Part shown: positions 23,797 to 37,008 of the stretch, one piece after another
Numbering within the stretch: the stretch's first letter is position 1
How the letters are laid out: every line of letters starts with the position of its first letter
Assembly (NCBI RefSeq): GCF_009834535.1
Contig: NC_045696.1
Location: 40,612,001 to 40,672,000, forward strand
Direction of reading: 5' to 3'
Origin: Camelus ferus
Taxonomy: Eukaryota
Length of the DNA stretch: 60,000 bases
Notes under the pieces: generated by a model
What the model was told of the DNA's origin: nothing
Database searches by the model: none
Seen by the model: the letters and a program-made list of their open reading frames with translations, nothing else
Translations under genes and position numbers: made by a program

Positions 23797-26750
23797 TGAG
23801 CTTACTTCAGAAAATCCAACCAAGTTTAGAGCAGTGGCTTCCTGAATTGTATTTGGTGAAAATCTGACTTTCCTCAAAATGTTATTTTACATCTTGGGAA
23901 AAGCATTTCTATTTCATCAGAGGACTTTTCTTTTGAATCAGAGCTTTAAGTCTTCAGCATTTATTTATTTTAAAACATAGTTATTAAATAGAAGCAGCAA
24001 AATATATAATTTTAGAAGTAAAAAACCAGAGTTCTGTGGTACAGAGATGGTCCTAGGGCTTATAGTCCATAATAATAGAAATTAAAGCCTCCAGAAGTGA
24101 ACATAATGAAAGGGACAAAGGAGCACATCATAATATCAGATGACTTCTCCTTGATGTTCTGGGTCTTCTCACTAGTGGGAAGGTTGTCTGTACTTGCTAC
24201 ACTTTCTGCAGAGGTAGGTGGGTGATGAATCCTAGCAATTCTTTTTCCATTTGCAGATATTTTTCTTTCTGTAGTAGGTACATGTTGAACTATTGGGTAA
24301 CAAACAACCGAACCTAAAAACCCTGTTCCCAGCATCATGACTTTCCCAGTGCTTCTTGACTGGGAATTTTATTGTATGATTTCTTCTAGAGATTCCCTTG
24401 TTAAACAAATGTAACTTTAAATACCCAGAGAACCAGTTGTATGCCATATTCCTTTGACTCTACTACTCTATTATCTCTTCCCTCTCCCCAGTCTTAAAAT
24501 TTCTTAAACTACTTAGTGATTAGTAGTTATAAATCCTATTGAGGCCATGGAACATTGGCATTTTTTTTTTTCTGATTGAGAGAAGTCACAATCCTTGGAT
24601 GTTAGATGAAACAGTGATAGGATAACACTGACATTCTATTTAGAAAGTTTAGTGGTTCAAGCAGAGTTCCTTCTAGATCAGAAGGCTACCTTGACTCTAC
24701 CCAGAGATAGGCCCCACCTCACAGATCCAGGAGTACATACAGTGGCGAACATTTTTGCTCTGCAAAGCAGTGTGCTTTGGTTGAATGAGTGGATGGATAC
24801 ATACATATTCATATATGACTTTTAAATATGAGTTTGAATATTTTAATATTGGAGATTTTTAATGGAGAACTTCCCACTTTAGTCACAGCTACTTTGTGTT
24901 TGGCAACATACGATATTACATGGATGCTTTCTCATATTGAGATTCTCATTATTCCCGTATCTATAATCCTGTACCTAAAGTTAGATTTCTTTAGAAAACC
25001 TTTGTGAGGGGAATGATAGGTGGGGAGCAAGGGATGAATAATATCCTTTAACTCAAAATATTCAAAACACAGTTAAAAAAAACCCCAAAATGTTGGTTGA
25101 TTCTATACTTGAGTTGGATTTTTAATACCTTCATCTGTCTTTTATATTCTAAAAGGATAAAATATCTTAAAATTCTTTCAAGTTCTTTTATTAGAAAGGA
25201 GGTTGGTGGAATTAGTATCTTGTCAACCATATGTAAGGTTTGTAGATATGAGTTGTATAAAAATAAATTAATTTCAATGCTGTTTTCCCTTTTTCTTTCC
25301 TGAGAATCTGTCTAGTTTCTCATTAATGCCTTTAAAAGCCCCAAACTAAACAAAATATTTCTTGTATTTTCAAAGAAAGTGGTCATCCAGAGAAAATTCC
25401 AGCTTTCTGGTATAGTATTTTATAACTTTCGAGAAAAATCAAAAGCCTTTTGAAGAATATATGTCACTTAGTAAAGGGTAGGAGCATCTGGGGATAAGAG
25501 TCCTTCCTAATACTGTGAAGACTGGGAGAAGTTCTGATTCTTAAGGAGGAAATCAGATTCCCAACCCCATGCCAAGTTAAGTATCTCATTCACTCAGTTC
25601 AGTTTCAGCTCAGCTAAACTGCCATCAGAAAAAGCAGACACATGTGGATGATAATTACAAAATGAGTTGATATGGAGACTAAGACACTAGTGGTAGATTG
25701 ATTTCTGGATCCACTAAGCATATTCTGACAGCAGTCCCCATTTCAAGGTCAGTAAGTTATATTAGACAAAGTATGCAAAACATATTTGAAACTAAATTCA
25801 ATAGAAAATGGAACAATCGTATTATTTTTGTTTCTTTTCTAAACTAAGGTCTTTCTAAACAGTTGAAAAATATTTTTAAATATTCTCAATCTCAAGTTCA
25901 TTGCTTCTAGAATTCTGATTGTCCTTGAAATTGAATGCTGAGATTATTGAAGTAAAAATTACTACAGTTATGACTGAAATTGCAGAACACAAACTGTCTC
26001 CTAAGTTCTCTTGCCTCAGTGTCCCCATCTGTTTGCCTTCACTGGGCTAAAAAGTCCCATGAATTTATGGACTTTGTCTGCTGGTGCTCATTTTTGTGCC
26101 TATAGCAGTTGTCATCCTGCCAGGTACACAGTACCACTCACTGAGTATCTGATAAATGAGAAGAGGTACCATAAATGTAAAATAATCTCAACCACATTGA
26201 GAGACTTTTAAAGTTAATATTATTTTAACTGGCTTAGATGGAAATTTTTCTAAAATATTTCCATTTATTTGCCTTGAAAGAACATATGCTAACCATATTT
26301 AAACTCTTTTTGATGACTCAAGGTCATCATTCAGTTCAGTTCAGTTCATTTCAGCAAGTGTTTATTTAGCACCTCCTATGTGTGATGATCCTCTCAGTCT
26401 CTTTTGGATACATAGGTCTGTTTACCACTGTATTACACAGCTTCTGATTGCTGTGTTTGGGGCTATTGGGCCAGCTTTTTATAGCTTCTCTGATTTCCTG
26501 ACTGTGAATATTGGCAGACTTCTGTGAGGGTACCTCTCTGAACCTTTCTCCCTGTGTGATACTTACAATCTTTCTGAGTGTGAAGCTAAAATAACCAGCC
26601 ATACAAATATGCATATAAATTAAGAGCACACTAGGAAACTCTTTAATATGTAAAGTCCATGAAATTTGTAGATTGTGGCTGCTCAAGGGTCCTTTTTATC
26701 CTTTTGCTTATTTCTTGGCTCTCTTGAGTTGTAACATGTCTTTTTTAAGA

Positions 26751-26926
26751 TTTTTTTTTCTATTGAAGTATAGTTGATTTATCATGTTGTGTTAGCTTCT
26801 AGTATATAGCAAAGTGATTGTTATACATATGTATGGTCTTTTTCATTATCATTTATTACAGGATATTGACTATAGTTCCCTGTGCTATACAGTAGACCTT
26901 GTTGTTTATCTATTTTATATATAGTT
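26751..26926 (-). mobile_element. L1 3' end, cetartiodactyl-type
   Basis: poly-T, then attgaagtatagttgattta...tatagttccctgtgctatacagtag...ccttgttgtttatctattttatatatagt. Confidence 0.9.
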
Positions 26927-27273
26927 TGCATGTTCTAACATTTCTGATGCATAAAAAGTTGCTTTAAATTTATGAAACACACATTTCCTTTATCCCCTCT
27001 CTTAACACTGCTTCTAGGAACAGATTCACATTTTGCAACACCTCAGTCTATGTTATCCAATGACCACGTAAGAATTAGTTAGTTGTGCTTAAAATATTAA
27101 TCAGTGTATTCTTATCTATAGTCCACAGGTTCCTTATGAATTATTCTATATTTGCCTGAGATTTGGTTTAATTTTGAACTATAATGGAGACCTTTAAATT
27201 AATTTGTATTCATTTTCCAAATTCAGTGTATGAGTGTGTGTGTGTGTGTGTACCTTCTTAATAAAGACTTCTA

Positions 27274-27490
27274 GAGGAAGGGATAAACTAGGGGTATGAG
27301 ATTAACAGATACAAACTACTATATATAAAATAGAGAAGCAGCAAGGATATACTTTACAGCACAGGGAATTGTAACCATTTTTTTGTAATAACCTATAGCG
27401 GAGTGTAATCTGCAAAAAATACTGAATTACTGTGCTGTACATCTGAAACTAACATAATATTGTAAATCAAATATACTTCAATTCAAAAAA
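27274..27490 (+). mobile_element. 5'-truncated L1 3' end, cetartiodactyl-type
   Basis: gggataaactagg...attaacagatacaaactactatatataaaatag...tgtaaatcaaatatacttcaattcaaaaaa; TSD aaagacttct (27263-27272) / aaaggcttct (27488-27497). Confidence 0.92.
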
Positions 27491-30400
27491 GGCTTCTGTA
27501 GCAGGCTCATTTTGATATTCTCCCTTGTCAAAATGATGTGTCCTGAAAATGTCTATCACTAAAAAGCGATATTTACAAAATATTTGTTAAATTACCTGGC
27601 TCTATATGATTATCAGTTGAAAATGAAGTGAATGCTGGAGAGAAGTCGACTCAGTCTGTACATTATACAGAGCTGAGAGAACTAGCGTGTTAGATCAGCA
27701 GAGGTTTCTGAGGCTCTGATGCAGACTGGAGCAGTAAAGCTGGAAGAAGTTCTTAATACCTCCCAATGACCGTGTTAATCATACCTATACTGCAATTACC
27801 TCTTCTATAATTAGTAACTGTTACTTAGCTCATCACATCCCTTTAACTCCTTTTTATCCTCTTTAACCCTCTGCCTTATTTACGTGCTCAAATCTACCTG
27901 GCACCCACCTTACCACATGAGAACAAGAAAAAGCACCATAGTAACCAAAGAGTGAAATTCCTCTGTATGTACTTTGTATTACCAGCAACATGTCTACCAA
28001 GATCTTTTCTGAGGAGTCAGTTAATGAAGACACTTGAGAATCCTTGGATTACCTACCATTTAAAGTTAAATTGCGGTATTTTGGTCTACTTAAAGACAGT
28101 AGCAGATCGTTTTTTTTCCTCTAAAATTATTCCTAGACTTTTTGGGTATAGGGTTTGACTATCTTTCCATTCCTTTTCTATTTTAAAGTCTTCTCTTTTT
28201 AGAAGGTATAAATATAAGCTGATGTGTTTTTGTGTAAGAGTCTTTTACATTCTCTGGGAGTCTAATCTTTCTTTCAAGCTGTTATCGTCATATTAAAGAG
28301 TAAGAGAATTTTCATCATATTGTCATCTGACTTCATGATTTATTTTCATTTGATTTTTTTTATTCACTTGGGATTTATGAGAGAATTCCAGAAAGCTACA
28401 GTGGTTCCTTTTTTTTTTAGTTAGAGGAAGTGGCTAATATGAGGTAAAAGGCACGAGGACACAAGGAATGCGGCCACGAGGAAACTGGCTTGAAATGTCT
28501 ATATACTATATGCAGTTCTATTTTCTGAGTAATATCTCTGATTCAGTAATCACCCTGGGTAATAGCCATACAAGTTTTCTTATTTCCTGGAAAGCTTTAC
28601 TATAATCGAGAACTTTGCTCTATCGTATCATGTACCTTGTAATTTTAGTTTCTAAAATTATGTGACATTTGATGTCTTCATATCTCTATGCAACCTTAAA
28701 AAACCTTGTATCTTCATTTACTTTATTTGCTCCCACACCCACTTTTCTATTTTAGATAATTCTTTGCAATTCACTTCACTATTCTGCAAATAAATCATTT
28801 GTAGATCTTCTAAAAGCTGGATTATCTCACTTATAGTTTAGTAATGTGGCTTCCTGGTAGAAGACAAGTTTACAACCAGAAGCTGTAAGTTCAAAATCTG
28901 TACGAGTTTACACTAGAAAGCCAAAATATTTTCTCTGTAGTCCCTGAATTTCTAAAGGTTAGATGCCGTTAGTATAGAAACAGAATTGATCTATTTAGCT
29001 CTGGGAATTTCAAAGGCCTAAGATACAGCATGTGAGAGACCCAGCATTAAGTGTTTATTTTTAATGATTTAGTTTAAAATTTACCAATCCACTATACATG
29101 TTGCTATTTACTTACTAAGAGCTATTTTATTAGAAGGTAATGAATAACTTTGGGTTTTCTTTGTATCTATGTGCTCTGCTTTTCAAGGCCTGTCGATTGC
29201 CTAGACCTCGGATCCCCATGCAGAATTCCGCAGCTTACTGCTCTCACCTAGAAAACTGGAGAATGCAGTCATCCCTATACCACTGCTTTTCTAAGCATCA
29301 AACAAAATTGTTAAAAGTACTTGAATTTCTGGTGACACATACTCTAAGCTCTCTTTATACACAGTAAGTTCATTTTTCTTTGGAGTTGCTAAGAAGTGAG
29401 ACTTAACGTTTTTATGCCCTCAGCTCTATCGCTCTTGGTTCATTTTTTCCTTCCAAGTTAGGCATCTTTACCACCAAGAAATAAGCTAATGGTGCACAGA
29501 ATTAGGTAAGAAACTTCAAGAGAAAAGGAATCCTTTCCCAATGTTCAGGATTGCCTCATTGCAGAGAAAATTTCTATTACATTTTGTTTTATTCAGAGAA
29601 TTTTTGAGTATTAGAACAAAGAGGCAAAAAGGAGCTATCTTGAGCTCTTGAGTTTGAAACAAGAGCTGCATTATGACCCTATTTTAGAAAAGTGTTGGCC
29701 TTCCTCAAAGCAGTGCTATGAACAGATTAGTGAATTTTGTATCAGGTATCTTTGGTTGCTTGTATTTTTAAACTCTCAAAATAGACACAAAGATAATTCT
29801 ATAGAAACAATGATTTGCAGGTTAAAGAAAGAATATCTGATACTTTATAAAACTCTTACCTTTTTAATGGAGAAGGAACAGTAAAAATAGCTTGGATTCT
29901 AGGTCCATGCATGTGTTTGTGTGCATGTCTGTGTGTGTATTTGTGTCTGTCTGTCTCTCAGAGGAAGAGTGAGAGAAGATATGAGACAAACAGTTATATC
30001 CATCTTCTTTTTCCACAGAGAAGCTGTAATAGCTTGGAAACAAAAAATAATAAAAATCAAATGAAGATTTTAAATAAAAATAGGGAAAACCAGAGGGAAA
30101 GAATGGGATTCGAATAACTTTGGGTATCTCGGGAATCATACAGGTCTCTTGATTCAGGTGCACTAACATTAAGAGGGGAGAGCCCTGGCACTGCTCTATT
30201 GTGAAGAAAAGAGTAAACCTTCCATGGGTCCTCCCATGCATTGCCAGCCCCTGTTGAACCAGTGCTAAGTCCACTCTCAGCTCTTGGGCTTCGTCTGGCC
30301 TATATATTCATTCTTGTTCCTCCAGCTCAGCCTACATGCTTGTAATGGCATGGCTTTGTCAGAGTGTTAACTCCATTGCTTTGGAAAAGCCTGCAGTTCC

Positions 30401-33400
30401 AACAGTTGCACATACTGTTATAGAAATAGCATTGAGCATGATTTTGGAAAAATCTCATGTGTATCTTATATTGAGCCTGAGTATTCAAGGGTCCTTCAAA
30501 ACATCACTCTGTTTTTCATTCTGTTAGCTTCATAGGTACTTCTGTAGGACAGACATAGGTGAAGGACACCCAGAAACTGGCCAAGCCCAGGGGAAAAGAA
30601 AGTGAGAGAGATTCCATTCTGCCTGACTTGGATCTAATAGATAGAAGACATAAGGATCTTTTTTTTTCGGTGTCATCATTTGTTTCCATCATTTTTGCAT
30701 AGTTATTTTCCACTGCCCAGTTGTTATTTGCAGTGGAAAATAAAAAACACCAGTGAGTGAGCCTTAAGAAGCAAAGAAAATTGAGGTACTGTATCAGAGT
30801 CTGTGAAAATTAAAAGTTTGGAACTGAGGTCCCACCTCTGAGCTCATGTTTTTTTTTTATTACACTGTATTTGGCTGATGATCTGACATTACATGTACTG
30901 TAACCATTGGAAAGACAATGCAATCTCTTGCTTCCTAGGTTTCCTCTGGCATTTTTGCCTGTTGTTAGAATAGCTACACCTTTTCATGATTTTGGGGTGT
31001 TATAGCCATTTTAGAAAAAGAGAGGAGGGGACAAAAAGGAATTGATAAAGAGATGGCACCTGAAAATGGAAAGTTCACAGAAGAAAGTGAAAGTGGAGTA
31101 TGTGTTACCTTCTGGCTCAGGCCAGGTGGTTGGGGTGGATGTCATGTGTGTCCCCAGTGCAGTCACCATTGCAGTGGTAATTCTCCCAGTTTAGCCTCTA
31201 CAGAGTATTGTTCCTTGTTTTTCTATAGAGCTTGTCAAAATGCTATGACAACTGGCTGGTTTTATGCAAACAGAGCCTGGCTCTCAAGAGACAGTGTGTC
31301 TGAAAGTCAAACATGGATGGCAGCCATTGGCACGCAAAGGAGTCAGAAACCACAGATTGTTTTCTCGTTGGATGAACAGCTTAAAGCAACGTAAAGTTAA
31401 TTGAAGAATTCCTTGAAAGTGAAGTCAGACTAAAAGAAATGCTCTAAGTCTATAATTTACTAAATGTGAAAGATCTGTAAGTGGTAGTGAGACTAAAAGT
31501 TTTGGGGGAAAAAAGAACATTTTTGTAAACAGATCTGGCTTGTATTATTGCCTAGGCAGTTTTAATTATTTGCTCTAATAATGTAGATCTGCAGAAGAAT
31601 CTCTAATTAGGTAAAGCTTGATTTATGGAGTTGGCCTCATATAAACCATGATGTCATGGTGTGCTGCAGAAAATTATAGGCCTGGTCTTGCTGTTGAAAA
31701 CTATTATTTCTAACTAGGACTACTCACACTCTGCATGTCTTACTCTTATGAAACCAAAGCATCCTGGGTTTTCGTTCTCAGTGCCCATTGCCCAGGTAAA
31801 TTCAACATACATTAAACTCAGTAAGTAATTTATCAAATATATATATTTTTTAAAAACTGAGGAGGCAGGGGTAGAGTTTTGCTGCTAACTCTAGGAGTTA
31901 AATCTTTACTTGGAAACTTAGTAGAGAGGAACCTATGACTCTGCAGGAGTGGATTCAAGGACACGCCAGACTGTCAAAAGTAGTGTCTGTGTATCTGTCT
32001 GCCCCTCCCTCCCACAACCCTAAGCTCATCCTCCACTTTCCCTCCCCCTGCCTACCCACTACTTGGAAAGTTGTTTTAGTGTCATTGTTGCCTATTTCAT
32101 CTGGCTTTAAATAAGAGCATGGGGCCGCTGTAACATTTCACCATGGTTCTTATTCCCTTTCCCATTGTTGTAGAAGCCTTGATGTGGGGCCAAGGCTTTT
32201 TCTTTGATTATAGGTCTGCTGATTATAATTTCCTAACAGTTCTCGTGCATTAATTATACCTTAATGATTGCATTTTCTTTAGTTTCTCATTTCAATTTTG
32301 TTAAAGCACAAGAAATAATTCAGAAGGAGTCCTAGATTTTTACAATTTTTTCCCATTCTTTTAGAATTGTCTAACCTACATCTGCTGTATTGCCATTTTA
32401 AGTGACTTACCTTTATAAAGTCTTCTCAAACTATTCAATGTATTTTGCGTAGAAAACAACTCCTGCCTTTCACTGTAATATTTCATCGACTTACATAATA
32501 TTTGATTAAATTATGTAATTATAATTGCAAGTCCAACAGGCATAAACAGGTTTGGGAACAAATACAACTCTTTAAACTGTTAGAAGAAGTTGCAGGGGGC
32601 ATACTGGAGAATAGCCTTCTCACCTTCAACATTCAGTATGTTTGGGCTTGGTCCCGGGTTAAACAAAGGGACAGAACTGGGCAAGTGGAGCTCTGAGGTG
32701 TGAGAAATTCTGAATCTGTGCTCTCCACATTCTCTTCATTTTATAGATCAGACCTGGGCTGGTTACCCAAGGTCATGAAACTAGTTGGTAGCCAAGCTTG
32801 ATGCCCTGGGTTTTTCCATGACACCAGAGATGGACTGATATCCTAGTCCTTCACTGTGCTTGTCTGGCTGCTGACTGGACGCAGGTTTATAAAGTGCACT
32901 TAGATTTATTACCACAAAATATCTGTCTTGATGCTTACTTTACCCATAGTTTTTGCGTTACTAATTAACACATGTTTTCCTTTAAATTCTCCTCGGTATC
33001 AAAACTGATCTTTATTATAGGGAGTTAGTCCAGGTCATGAGAGTTATCGTTTCTGTCTCTCAATGACCATAATTAGTTAAGAGAGATAGCTGCATGGAAG
33101 AATTTTCCTGGTAGGATTTATCCTTCTCATCAGTTTATAGCGCTATACTGTTCATGGCTGCTTTTGTCCTCTAAAGGCAATTTTTTTAAAGGCATAAGCC
33201 TCTGAGACAAAGCTGCTTTGGGATTGAGGCAGGGCAGTAAGGTTTATATTATTTACTCTTAAAAGAACCATATGTGCTGACTTTTCTAATACCAAGTTGG
33301 AAAGATTTTTTTTTAAATCACTTTCCTTTTCCTGCTTCCCTCTTGCCCCAACCCCATCAGAAAAGATTTGATGTTGCCTAGAGTCAAAATGTACCTACAC

Positions 33401-34074
33401 CTGAGCAGTTAAAAATCAAATCATGAGGATGAATATGAAGGAAGGAGGAAAATGTACTCAAATCCCTGAGTTAAATGGTTTTGTGTTATTGAACATTGTG
33501 TTTAGCTCTGAGCTTCCTGATAGACATGGCAAAACAAGACACTTGGGTTTGCATTATTTTTATTTGCTGAAGGGAAACATTTCAGGTTTTCCATAGAGAC
33601 GTTGTTACCAGGCACTTTATTTTAAGCCAGTTACCCTTATGTAAGTGAAGCTAAATAACCTTCCAGAGTAGGAGGTTCATACACATGTTACAGTCAGAGA
33701 AGCCCTGCTATATAGTAGGGCTTCTTTAGAATCACAAGTAGAATGAGATGTGGCACTAGACCCAGTACGGTTCAGAGCCATACCCCAGGCACTGGTAACA
33801 GACTGTCAAGTGAGTGGGACTTAGACTTGATGAAGATGGAATATGTGGAAGATGGGTTTCTTCAAGGAGCTTCTCTTCTCACTGAGAAGAGAGACAGAGG
33901 ATAGACTTCTGTCTCAGGTTACTGTAAATCACTATGGAGGGGAAAACTAGAATAAGAGGTGTCCTGTTTATACCCCATTTTTAAATAAATACTTTGTCAA
34001 ACTTTCTTTAGTCAGAATTATAGGCAAGTTTATGCTGTATTTTATGACAGCAGGGTTATGAGAGAGAACTTTGG

Positions 34075-34230
34075 GCAGGGCTTCCAAACTTAGGCTGCCC
34101 GCAGCAGTCAGGCAGGTGCAAACAGCTGTTTATACAAAGGCCCAGGTACAAGACTACAGACCTATAGTGCACCAAAGGGCCAGTGTTCTCTCTCCAGGGG
34201 GCAGCTGCCTCCCACCTCCAGCTTACCGTC
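34075..34230. mobile_element. MER102-like hAT-Charlie fragment
   Basis: cagggcttccaaactt...caggcaggt...ggcccaggtacaagac...agggggcagctgcctcccacctccagc. Confidence 0.55.
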
Positions 34231-34319
34231 TTGTAAAAAAGGCAGATACACAGTTGACCACATCTTCTAGTATTTTGAGAGAACCTAGAAGTGTGGATTA
34301 TTAAATTAAATCTCCTGAT

Positions 34320-34897
34320 TGTAAATGTTGGCAACTCCTTTCTTCTGCTTACTCAAGCCAGAAGTTTTGGAGTTGTCCTTGACTTCTCTCTTCCTTTCAA
34401 AACCCACATCTAATCCATCTGGAAATCCTATTGGCTCTACCCTCAAAATATATTAGCATCTGATCACTTCTTCGTGATTTCCTGTTACACTACTACTGTA
34501 GCCCAAACCACCATCATCTCTCTCCAGGATTAGCCTCCCAGATGATTTCCTTTCCATGCTTTGTCTCCTACAGCAGAGATGTCTATTAAAGCACAAGTCA
34601 GATCATGTTGCTCCTCTGCGCACACCCTCTGGCTTCCCATCTCGCTCAGCGTGAAAGCCAAAGGCTTCCCAGTGCCCCATGAGGCTTTCTGACCTCATCT
34701 CCGCAGCCACAGTGGCCTCCTGCCTGTTCCTCAAATACCCAAGCTCATTCCTTCATCATGACCTTCACCCTTGCTGTTCCCTCAGCCAGCATGCTCTTTC
34801 CTCAGGTATTTCCATGGCCCATTCACCCCTTCCAACCCTTTCCTCAAAAGGCACCTTCTCCGTGAGGCTTTCCTTGGCCACACCATCTAAACTTGTA

Positions 34898-34946
<49 letters not shown>

Positions 34947-35176
34947 CCTCTTCCCTCTTAGCTTTGTTATTAGTACATATCATGATCTAATATGCTACAT
35001 TTTTTTGTTTGTTTTTTACCTGTCTTCTACATTAGAAACAGTTTCCAAAACAGTAGGGACTTTGTACATTTTTGTGTATTTGTTCAGTGCTGTATACTTA
35101 GGATCTGGAAATGTGCCTCATTGTAGGCACTCAATAAATTATAGGTGCTTAATAAATGTTTGATGAATAAACGAAT
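34320..35176 (+). mobile_element. L2 LINE 3' region (L2a-like)
   Basis: tggcaactcc...ctcaagccag...tggagttgtccttgacttctctc...aagtcagatcatgttgctcctctgc...gtaggcactcaataaat...tgatgaataaacgaa. Confidence 0.9.
34899..34944. repeat. (AC)23 microsatellite
   Basis: Perfect AC run inside the L2. Confidence 0.97.
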
Positions 35177-36884
35177 CTAAAAAAACAATTTTTTCAATTT
35201 AAGGTCAAACAAACTTCTTCAGTGGACCAAACCCAGCCTATACCCCTTTTGATTCAGGGTCAAAAAGGAGGGTGAACATTTCTTCAACTGTACCTAATAG
35301 CTTGAGAACAGACTTCATGACTGTGTCATGACACCTGCCCTGTTCAGGAAACAACAGAAGAGCTTTTTCACTCCACTCCTACACATTGTGTCCTCCTACT
35401 CCACCCTGCTGAACTTTAATGCATGCTTATTATTTTATGCATCAACACTGTTTTTTCCTGATACATTGCTGTTTAGAATCTAGAGATATTAAATGAATTA
35501 GTTCAGCCTCCTGTGTGAACTTCCATACCAGTGAAGGTGGGAAACATTTGAACAGTTTACTTGCTTTTTTACAACACAGAGTTCAGAGTTAGACAAGCAA
35601 CGATTAAGAGGAAGAGTGCCACAAACAGAGGGAAAATCATATATAAAGACACTCAAAAATGTTTGATGCTTTGGAAGAGAGTAAGTGATACTAGAGTACA
35701 GAGTGAAGGAGAACAGTAGTAGGAAGAGGTGTTTGACAGGCAGGCAGGGTCAGATCTTGCAGGCCATGGTAAGGAGTTTGGATGTTGTTGTTCAGCCCAG
35801 TGAAATGACTCAGAACTTGTTACATTACTATAAGCTATTCATAATGGTAATTTTTTAATACAACTTTTTACTGAAGTGTGACATATTTACATCTTGGTGA
35901 TGTTTTTCCAGCTAGTCAGTCAACTACTAGCAGTTATTTCATCACCTAGATTCCCTTTCTTCTGTTTCAAAAAAATTTTGCTTGGACCTAATTGGCTGAA
36001 AAAATATTGTTTATTTTCACATTTATAACTAAAATATCAAAATTAAATTTTAAATATCTTACTTAAATTACTAAGTGCATTTATTTGTACAGAAAATAAA
36101 CTTTGTTTTAGTTACATAACACTGTAGATTTTGGTTATGATGACTGTTTAACAAAGGAAGGTTCCCCAGGCACATTCAGTCTTTTGCACTGTATCCACTT
36201 TAGTTATGTAAATAAAATGCTAAATAGTCATTCATTTTACTATTGCATTTGCAACCTTTGCCAGGGTACGATCACATTAAAATATACAGCATTTTTGCTT
36301 ATAAAAACTTCTGTATATACTTAGATAATACCAAGTGTACATTAACTATCATTTTTGTAAAAGGTATAGCTTTTCCTTGAGCTCAAAGTTTATTCTAGCT
36401 TTAGTCTATATGTTCTCATCATAAAAAAAAGAGTCAAATCAAAAATTTGAGCAGTTTACTAACATTCTATAGAAGATAGACTAAGAATCTTTTAGAACCA
36501 TGGTTCTCATGGTTTGATTTTTTTTTTTTTTTTAACTTCAGAATTCTGCAAACCAAACTAAGTCACTTGGAGGGATTTTGCAGCTTAGCGTTGGCTATTT
36601 AGTAACTATAAAAGGGCAAATTCTGAGTCATGATAACACTGAGATAGCAATCATCAAAGCATAATCAAGTTAAAGGTAATCTGGAAAGCCGAAGTAAAGA
36701 CCAAGTGTTAGGATGATGTTTAGAAAGTGTTGAAATATACAGAGGCAGCCTAGGTGTAACATAAATAAGAAATGTAAGAAGAAAAATCACAACTCTTTGT
36801 CGCTTTCTCACAAATGATTTTCTTTCAGTAGCATGAAATGGTAATTACAGATGTAGAGAAATTCAAAACTGGGAAAGACATAGA

Positions 36885-37008
36885 GACACTATTTTACAGA
36901 TGAGGAAACTGGAACCCAGAGAGCTCCAAAGACTTACTCAGAGTTAATGTCGGCTGAAGCTGTTATTTGGAACTCCTATTTTCTAGCTCAGTATTCTTTT
37001 ATCTACTT
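36885..37008 (-). mobile_element. MIR SINE
   Basis: attttacagatgaggaaactggaacccagagag core. Confidence 0.8.

Noticed and set aside
24060..24206. Minus-strand acceptor plus peptide SVASTDNLPTSEKTQNIKEKSS
   Set aside because: No recognised protein, no donor, no other supported minus-strand exons.
26330..26385. (TCAGT)n resembling a BovB/RTE tail
   Set aside because: Followed by an antisense L2 terminus (tttatttagcacctcctatgtg), so it is an L2 tail variant.
28421..28443. 23-nt segment between poly-T-AG and GAG|GTAAAA
   Set aside because: The acceptor is just a poly-T run without a clear branch point; not frame-preserving.
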